This document shows, one piece after another, positions 58,065-64,000 of a DNA stretch of 64,000 nucleotides. The stretch's first letter is position 1; each line of letters starts with the position of its first letter. This stretch comes from a virus, in IMG/VR virus record IMGVR_UViG_3300021375_000017, positions 1-64,000 of that record; one strand, written 5' to 3'. The notes beneath the pieces are model-generated. The model had not been told where the DNA came from, did no database searches, and worked only from the letters and a program-made list of their open reading frames with translations. The translations under genes and the position numbers were made by a program.

Positions 58065-58685
58065 ATGAATAATTATATTCTTTATTATTACTTAAGGGAG
58101 GACTTCGGTTCCCCCTTTTATGTTGGTTATGGAAAACCGAGAAGAATTAATTCCAGACACTCTAGAAGAAATGGTGCTGAAATTTTACCACATAGAGAGA
58201 GGAGATGGATTGTAAAATCTGGTTTATCTAAAGAAGAAGCAATAGAACTTGAGATAAAACATATAGCACTCTGGAAAAGAGAATGTGATGGTGGTGTATT
58301 GTTAAATCAAAATCTTGGTGGAGAAGGAAAACCTGGAGGACAAAAAACAAAAGGTTTTAGTGGTAGAAAGCACACTGAAGAAGCAAAGAAAAAAATAAGT
58401 GAAAAAGTTGCAGGAAAAAATAATCCAAGTTATGGTGTTCCTTGTAGTAAAGAACGAAAAAGAAAAATAAGTGAAAGAGCAAAAGAAAGATTTGCCGAAG
58501 GATTTAAATCTCCTTCATCAGTAACTTATCTTTTAACAAGTCATTCTAAAGAAAAATTTAAGGTATTTGGAGAACTTAAAAAGTTTTGTAAGTCTCAAAA
58601 TATTTCATACGCAACGATGCGCGCAGCAATTCTTTATGATAGAAAAGGTCCTAGAAGAAATGGATGGAGTATTGAGAAAATTTAG
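58065..58685 (+). mobile_element. Free-standing GIY-YIG-variant homing endonuclease
   Basis: YILYYYLRED.GSPFYVGYG, LLNQNLGGEG and NUMOD3 (HTEEAKKKIS, GKNNPSYG). TATAAATA at 58036-58043. Confidence 0.83.
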
Positions 58686-59073
58686 GATATCATTACCAGA
58701 AGATAAGTGTGTGATAAAACTTCAGGAATATTGTAAGTTTTCTTATACTCTTTTAAAAGTTCCTGTAGTATCTAAGCCTTTATGCGCTGGCGCAAACTGC
58801 CACAATAATGTAAATCATTATGGGAATACTTATGGTGGAGAAAAAATAAGCGGTTATTATTTAATTACAGATATTGATGATGAAACTTATGGATGTGCTA
58901 TATACCATAGTATTTGGAAAAATACTTATGGAGACTTAATAGACATAACACCATTTGATGATGGAAGAGAATATAATATGTTTTCTGTGTTGGATGATAC
59001 CGATTATTACTCTGGAGTTGTTTATGATGGAAAAGATTATAAATTATTAGAACCCGGACTTAATATTGTTTAA
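58567..59073 (+). CDS. Hypothetical protein with a possible Cys-His-Asp (transglutaminase-like) triad
   Basis: NCHNNV...YHSIW...IDITP. True start is probably downstream of 58567. Confidence 0.45.
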   Translation: MENLKSFVSLKIFHTQRCAQQFFMIEKVLEEMDGVLRKFRISLPEDKCVIKLQEYCKFSYTLLKVPVVSKPLCAGANCHNNVNHYGNTYGGEKISGYYLITDIDDETYGCAIYHSIWKNTYGDLIDITPFDDGREYNMFSVLDDTDYYSGVVYDGKDYKLLEPGLNIV

Positions 59074-59112
59074 GATGTCAAAAAAGACACGTTCTCAGGA
59101 TTCCAACTCTAA
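59072..59112 (+). pseudogene. Relic duplicate of the nrdB 3' end
   Basis: From 59074 it reads DVKKDTFSGFQL*, against the current nrdB end DVSKDTFSDFKL*. Both copies start AAGATGTCA. Confidence 0.8.
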
Positions 59113-59184
59113 GGTTAAGGCCAAGAGACAGGATGATTGGTGGTTCCATGAGGAGCCACTAAATACCACAGATACAATGGATAT

Positions 59185-59628
59185 GTGTGTGATTACGAAA
59201 ATCCGTGGTTGTTTCAAGGACAACCTTTTCTATCTGAGGATATTGGTGATTCTTTCGGCTTTGTCTATAGGATTACAAACCTCAAGAATGGTAGAAAATA
59301 CATCGGGCGAAAGTACTTTTGGTCCAAACGAAAGCCTAGAGCTACAGTTAAGAACAAGTCAAGGCGAAGAGTTACAACTGAAAGTGACTGGAAAAAATAC
59401 TACGGAAGTTGTCCAGAGCTTAAGGACGATCTTACAAAGTATGGAAAGGAATCTTTTAGTAGAGAGATCATCTCACTCCATGTAACACTGGGAAAGGTAA
59501 ACTTTGAGGAGACCCGTCAGTTGTTTCTGAATGAGGTTCTGTCCCAAAAGTTGACAGATGAGACTCCTTTGTATTATAATTCCAACATCCTTGGTCGGTA
59601 CTACCGCAAGGATTATTTTAACAAGTAA
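59185..59628 (+). CDS. GIY-YIG domain endonuclease of the conserved T4-like type
   Basis: GFVYRITN..NGRKYIGRK, YYGS and YNSNI. CTAAATA upstream. Confidence 0.75.
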   Translation: MCDYENPWLFQGQPFLSEDIGDSFGFVYRITNLKNGRKYIGRKYFWSKRKPRATVKNKSRRRVTTESDWKKYYGSCPELKDDLTKYGKESFSREIISLHVTLGKVNFEETRQLFLNEVLSQKLTDETPLYYNSNILGRYYRKDYFNK

Positions 59629-59642
59629 ACTGATTTGGATTA

Positions 59643-60266
59643 ATGATTAAGAAAATTTTTATGGGGTTGGTTAGTGTCACTACCCTTACTACAGCATGTG
59701 TGGCATCAACAAACCTTGATAAAGAGCTTAATGACATTACAGGAACTGCTCCTACCATAGAAGGTGTAGAGGAAACACCTACAGAGGAATTGGTAAAGGT
59801 AGAAAAAACCTGGAACTGTCCTACATGTTCTCCCAATGAACAATATGTTCTTAAGAAACTTCAGGAATATACTAAAATTAGTGATCGTAATGCTCTTGCA
59901 ACGATCATGGGAAACATTAAATCAGAATCAAACTTTCGTGCCAACATCTGTGAAGGTGGTGCCCGTGTCTCCTACACTGAATGTAAGTCTGGTGGATTTG
60001 GATTGATTCAGTGGACTAGTATCGGACGGTATAAAGGTCTCGGAAATTTCTGTGCTAGATATCAGTGTGATCCTAGTAGTTTAGAAGGTCAAGTTCGTTG
60101 GATGGTTAATGAACCAATCTTCCAACGTGTCCTCCCTGAGTTTGAAGGACATGGAGATACTATTCCTCAGTATATGTCACATGCATATTACTGGTTAGGA
60201 TGGGGGATCAAAGGATATCGTGAACAGTATGCATATGATTATAGTAAGAAAATGGTATTGATATAA
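59643..60266 (+). CDS. Phage tail-lysozyme-like lytic enzyme with an N-terminal signal peptide / lipobox
   Basis: IMGNIKSES and GFGLIQWT motifs; N-terminus MIKK-hydrophobic-TTAC. Confidence 0.65.
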   Translation: MIKKIFMGLVSVTTLTTACVASTNLDKELNDITGTAPTIEGVEETPTEELVKVEKTWNCPTCSPNEQYVLKKLQEYTKISDRNALATIMGNIKSESNFRANICEGGARVSYTECKSGGFGLIQWTSIGRYKGLGNFCARYQCDPSSLEGQVRWMVNEPIFQRVLPEFEGHGDTIPQYMSHAYYWLGWGIKGYREQYAYDYSKKMVLI

Positions 60267-60275
60267 CTGAGTCAC

Positions 60276-60306
60276 TTGACAAAGACCTCAGAGTAGTCTA
60301 TATTAT
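60276..60306 (+). promoter_or_regulatory. Sigma70-like promoter for the tRNA cluster
   Basis: TTGACA, then TATATT/TATTAT after 17-19 nt. Confidence 0.6.
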
Positions 60307-60378
60307 AAGGGTGGTTGAGAGACCACTGCGGTGATCCCCTTGGTAGTTCAGGATTAGCGGCGATAGGAACTACCACTT

Positions 60379-60451
60379 GCCCCGTTAGCTCAGGAGACAG
60401 AGCACGTTCCTTCTAAGAATGCGGTCGGGGGTGCGAATCCTCCACGGGGCG
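60379..60451 (+). tRNA. tRNA-Arg(TCT)
   Basis: Cloverleaf with GCCCCGT/ACGGGGC acceptor stem and TCT anticodon at 60412-60414. D and T loops are atypical. Confidence 0.85.
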
Positions 60452-60455
60452 TCAT

Positions 60456-60528
60456 TGACCTATAGCTCAGTTGGTAGAGCGCGGAACTGTTAATTCTGTT
60501 GTCCTAGGTTCGAGTCCTAGTGGGTCAG
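60456..60528 (+). tRNA. tRNA-Asn(GTT)
   Basis: Canonical cloverleaf: TGACCTA/TGGGTCA, CTGTTAA anticodon loop and TTCGAGT T loop. Confidence 0.93.
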
Positions 60529-60543
60529 TTGTTTTTTATTTTT

Positions 60544-60750
60544 ATGAGTCTTCCAGAATATTCATTTGGTGGTCGTCCAGTAGAGTCCACGAATCTCCTT
60601 CTACTTATTAGTGAGATGGAGGGTACATATCAACACCTTAAGTACATGGGGTTTGAGGATGATATGAATACTCTTGATGAGATGAAGAAGAGATACTACA
60701 AACTTTATTTTAGAACAAAGAAGAATGAAGCCATTCAAAATTCTAACTGA
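60544..60750 (+). CDS. Hypothetical protein
   Basis: MSLPEYSFGG start, downstream of tRNA-Asn. Confidence 0.55.
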   Translation: MSLPEYSFGGRPVESTNLLLLISEMEGTYQHLKYMGFEDDMNTLDEMKKRYYKLYFRTKKNEAIQNSN

Positions 60751-61300
60751 CGATTACTTTGTAGGAAACTTTGGATCTGTTGATGCCTCTGATGAAGTAT
60801 TAAGATGCTGTAAAAGAAATTTTCCTGATGATGATAAACTAGATTCTGGAGCACTTCGTGGCGAATCAGTGGTAGATGAGAGACTTAGGAAATGTAAGAC
60901 CAAAGGTATTAGTATAAGTCAAGTCAACTTTATTGAACAAGGACTGAGGAAGGCTATCATCTATATTAATGATATGAAGTGGAAGATGGATCTTAAACAT
61001 GAGTGGGAGTCATCTATACAATACACTAGGTATATTGGTAAAGGAGATTTTTATGGTTGGCACAAAGACAACTCTGAATCTGCAAGTAGTATAGGTGATA
61101 GGAGACTTTCTATTGTGTATTGTTTAAGTTATGAGAAAGATTATACTGGTGCAGAGTTTGAAATAAAGGAAAGTAATGGTAATATATACAGAAGAAAGTT
61201 TGATTATGGAGACTTTATTGTCTTCCCTTCAGACAAACTACATAGAGTGAATCCTTTAAAGTCTGGAAACAGAACAACCTTAGTTGGTTGGTACATGTAG
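60725..61300 (+). CDS. 2OG-Fe(II) oxygenase (prolyl-hydroxylase-like)
   Basis: WHKD, FPS..LHRV.P and G.RTTLVGW. Confidence 0.82.
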   Translation: MKPFKILTDDYFVGNFGSVDASDEVLRCCKRNFPDDDKLDSGALRGESVVDERLRKCKTKGISISQVNFIEQGLRKAIIYINDMKWKMDLKHEWESSIQYTRYIGKGDFYGWHKDNSESASSIGDRRLSIVYCLSYEKDYTGAEFEIKESNGNIYRRKFDYGDFIVFPSDKLHRVNPLKSGNRTTLVGWYM

Positions 61301-61323
61301 AGTCCATTTATCATACAAAAATT

Positions 61324-61986
61324 ATGAAAAAATTATTTGCTGCACTATTGTCATCAGTGGTTCTTACTACTCCAGTGATGGCTGACCCTGAAGTGAAGGG
61401 TTGGAAGACACATGACTCTATGGGATGTATGTTGCTTGGGGAATGTACTGATGATATTCAACAAGTCAGATCAATTAGAGACATTCAAAAGTATTATCCT
61501 AGTGATAGTTATAGTAATGTCGCTTCTGAGTTTGATTCAATTGTCCGGGCCCTTGATCAGATCGGAGTTAAAGTTTTTCTAGCGGATGAGAAATACTTTC
61601 CACCAGGTCATAGGGGTGTATATCATACAGTAACTAACAACTTTTTCCTCAACACTAACTTCATGCACAAAGAAGGTGTATTGATGAGTGTGATGAGACA
61701 TGAAGGTTGGCATGCTGCTCAAGACTGTATGGCAGGAACCATTGATAACAGTATGATTGCTATCATTCTTCCAGAAGAAGAGATTCCTGCTATCTGGAGA
61801 GAGATGGCAGAGAGAACATATCCGGCATCAGCAGTACCATGGGAATCTGAAGCAGGTTGGGCAGGTAGAACTGAAGCAGTAACCGCAAATGCACTTGCCG
61901 CATGTGCTAGGGGTTCTATGTGGACAGAGTATGAACCTACCCCAATGACGAGGGAATGGTTAGTTGAGAATGGATATATCAAATGA
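61324..61986 (+). CDS. Secreted zincin-like metallopeptidase
   Basis: Signal peptide MKKLFAALL..., RHEGWHAAQ and a downstream E.EA. Confidence 0.65.
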   Translation: MKKLFAALLSSVVLTTPVMADPEVKGWKTHDSMGCMLLGECTDDIQQVRSIRDIQKYYPSDSYSNVASEFDSIVRALDQIGVKVFLADEKYFPPGHRGVYHTVTNNFFLNTNFMHKEGVLMSVMRHEGWHAAQDCMAGTIDNSMIAIILPEEEIPAIWREMAERTYPASAVPWESEAGWAGRTEAVTANALAACARGSMWTEYEPTPMTREWLVENGYIK

Positions 61987-62022
61987 TTAAAGAATTTACT
62001 TTAGTAAAGAGGTTATACTATC

Positions 62023-62271
62023 ATGTTGGTAGTAAGATGCAAACAATGTAACACGGAGATCCATAGCACTAACAAAACACAGTCGTGCGGATGTCCTAAC
62101 ATGATGACAGTCATTGGAGAAAAGATTTCTGCAGTTGACTTAAACAAAGTCATCATGTTAAATTCACAGAAGAACACTAAACAAAAAGATGTTCTGTCTT
62201 CTCAAGACTTGATGTATCAAGAGGAGAGAAGAAGCCGAAAGGTAAAAAAACTTGATTTTGAAATTAGGTGA
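62023..62271 (+). CDS. Small zinc-ribbon protein
   Basis: CKQC...CGC. Confidence 0.6.
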   Translation: MLVVRCKQCNTEIHSTNKTQSCGCPNMMTVIGEKISAVDLNKVIMLNSQKNTKQKDVLSSQDLMYQEERRSRKVKKLDFEIR

Positions 62272-62273
62272 TT

Positions 62274-62435
62274 ATGTCTCATAACTGTATTACCGAAAAA
62301 CAGTGTCAGGAGATGATCGATAAAGCAATCGATAAACACAACAAAACTGCCTCACTCATTAGTGCTTGTATAGGTTCAGTATTACTGTTCTTCTATGCTC
62401 AAGGACTCTTGATTGTGGTAGGATTGTGGAAATAA
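62274..62435 (+). CDS. Small membrane protein (53 aa)
   Basis: Read by hand: CQEMIDKAIDKHN followed by a hydrophobic helix. Confidence 0.5.
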   Translation: MSHNCITEKQCQEMIDKAIDKHNKTASLISACIGSVLLFFYAQGLLIVVGLWK

Positions 62436-62457
62436 TAATCATATACATATTACAAGA

Positions 62458-62625
62458 ATGAAATTTTATTCCGTGGAACACTGGCAAGAGAACTGGGAAG
62501 AACTAATCTCAAAGGTTGAGAATGGTGAGTCAATAGGAATAACAAATGGAAAACATAGAGCAGTGATGGTTCCTGCAGATGAAGAAATTATAAGAATTCA
62601 TACTGAACATAATGACGCGTCGTAA
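62458..62625 (+). CDS. Phd/YefM antitoxin-like small protein (55 aa)
   Basis: Read by hand: YSV...QENWEELI.KVENGESI.IT.G...AVMVP. Confidence 0.55.
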   Translation: MKFYSVEHWQENWEELISKVENGESIGITNGKHRAVMVPADEEIIRIHTEHNDAS

Positions 62626-62959
62626 GAATAGATCATATAAAAGAGTCACAGATGATCGTGAACCAATCACAATCAAACATTCTGATATATGTTATCCAGG
62701 GGCTATCAAAGAGAAACAGGTAGATGATGCTGATACTTCTTATCCTGGTATTGTCATCAAATACGATACTGGATATCTGTTGGAAGATGGTGTTCATAGG
62801 ATAACCAAACTTCAACGTGAAGGTATCTATGAATCTCTTTTCTATGTGGTGACAGTGGAAGAATATAAGACTGGTCTGGTAGAGATGGTCTGTGGTTCTA
62901 ATCGTGTCACACTAGGAGAATGGAGCCATAACAAATTAAACTCACAAACTCATGGGTAA
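62612..62959 (+). CDS. ParB/Srx-like domain protein
   Basis: SYPGIV...YLLEDGVHR. Confidence 0.5.
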   Translation: MTRRKNRSYKRVTDDREPITIKHSDICYPGAIKEKQVDDADTSYPGIVIKYDTGYLLEDGVHRITKLQREGIYESLFYVVTVEEYKTGLVEMVCGSNRVTLGEWSHNKLNSQTHG

Positions 62960-63554
62960 GTCAAGAACAATTTCAAAAATAAACTGGTCTTGGGATTATG
63001 GAAAGGTTGTAAGTGAAATAACTTGTACTGATGGTATAACCCAAATCAGAAATAATGATAAGAGACCACCAACATATCCTGCCCATGATATCGCACATTT
63101 CATATGTGGATTTCATGAGGACTATGACTGGGATTATTTGTGGGATCAACATTCAGAATCTCTAATAAATGTCAGACTTGCAGAATATAATGCTGTCTTT
63201 ATTGAGAATCTTCTTTACTTTTATATAACAAACAAATATAAAAATAGTCCATGGACCATATTACAACTGGCAGAACCAATAAAGAAACACTTGAACTGGT
63301 TTGTTAAGGACTATTATAAATTTATCACACCAGAACTAAAACTTAGAAAAATATTTTTATCCAAACTAGATGAAAATATAGTCTGTCAACACTATCAGAC
63401 TTATCATGATGTCTGTCTACTCCAGTTAAAAACTCCTCCTGGTGAGGATGTGCGAGATATTAAACTGGCACTTACTATGGACTCAAGTCTTGACCAGAAG
63501 AACACAGAGGTGTATGATTATATCATTGAGATGAAGAGCATCTTGGGGAATTAG
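62952..63554 (+). CDS. Hypothetical protein with an HDxxH...E metal-site-like motif
   Basis: PAHDIAHF...LAEYNA. The stop codon lies inside the tRNA 5' end. Confidence 0.5.
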   Translation: MGKSRTISKINWSWDYGKVVSEITCTDGITQIRNNDKRPPTYPAHDIAHFICGFHEDYDWDYLWDQHSESLINVRLAEYNAVFIENLLYFYITNKYKNSPWTILQLAEPIKKHLNWFVKDYYKFITPELKLRKIFLSKLDENIVCQHYQTYHDVCLLQLKTPPGEDVRDIKLALTMDSSLDQKNTEVYDYIIEMKSILGN

Positions 63555-63617
63555 CAATCTGGTGAATGCACCGAGCTCATAATTCGGTTAAGGTGGGTTC
63601 GGTCCCCACATTCCCTA
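63545..63617 (+). tRNA. tRNA with CAT anticodon (elongator Met or Ile2)
   Basis: GGGGAAT/ATTCCCT acceptor stem, CCGAG-CTCATAA-TTCGG anticodon arm and GTGGG-TTCGGTC-CCCAC T arm. Confidence 0.82.
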
Positions 63618-63646
63618 TTGACATTTCGGTGTCAAACCCTTATAAT
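63618..63646 (+). promoter_or_regulatory. Consensus sigma70 promoter whose -35 box is part of a palindrome
   Basis: TTGACA-N17-TATAAT; TTGACA-N6-TGTCAA inverted repeat. Confidence 0.75.
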
Positions 63647-63667
63647 ACTAAGGTCAACAAACAAGCA

Positions 63668-63884
63668 AATGACTATCACTTCTAAGTTCAAAAAGGATCT
63701 TCAGACTCTACGTGGGGCTGCAAATGGGGACTTCTTCCTGGATGTAAAGAACCCAAAACTTTTTAAAAAAGTTCGTAAGTATTATGATAACAATGGAGTA
63801 GTATTTTCTGGTGATCCTTTGGATGATTATGATATTCTCATCGATTGTATTGCTGCAGATCTAGAAACTGTTGAGGTTGGTTGA
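63668..63884 (+). CDS. Hypothetical protein
   Basis: MTITSKFKK start, downstream of the promoter. Confidence 0.55.
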
Positions 63885-64000
63885 TTGTGAAGGTGACTAC
63901 AAAACCAACTGTTCTTCTGGAACAGTTTCCCTATCGGTATATTCAGGTCGGTGTATTAGAAATCAATGGTAAACCTGATTGTAGAATTCAGAAAGTGGAT

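Noticed and set aside
59066-59485. 139-aa ORF from the track
   Set aside because: It begins in an alternative frame of the nrdB relic and mostly overlaps the better-supported GIY-YIG gene.
998-62815. Numerous minus-strand and nested short ORFs in the track
   Set aside because: They are shadows of strongly conserved + strand genes with no motifs or promoters. Only 40475-41143 is supported.

Overview
This window is the conserved core of a T4-like myovirus, most likely a marine cyanophage (Kyanoviridae-type gene order). Almost every gene is on the + strand. It holds packaging and morphogenesis genes (gp17-23, gp3), recombination, replication and transcription genes (uvsY, uvsW, gp55, gp47, gp46, gp45, gp44, gp62, regA, gp43, uvsX, gp41, gp61, nrdA, nrdB), a CobS/VWA pair, hsp20, mazG, two 2OG-Fe(II) oxygenases and three tRNAs. 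Highlights: (1) A translationally coupled cmoA-like / asparagine-synthetase-like / C5-cytosine methyltransferase operon. The methyltransferase has Arg instead of Asn in motif X, which predicts carboxymethylation and then amidation of DNA cytosine. (2) Three essential genes (terL, uvsX, gp41) are fractured into split inteins with a homing endonuclease gene (HEG) between the halves. (3) Each of those three HEGs has, next to its late promoter, a short copy of the intein-free host-gene junction it is expected to cut. (4) A stranded old nrdB 3' end follows a HEG cassette. (5) hsp20 has a ROSE-like RNA thermometer. (6) There are candidate capsid-packaged enzymes (including a Cas9-type HNH domain) and candidate structured RNAs. 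All homology calls were made by eye from motifs and synteny; no database search was run.
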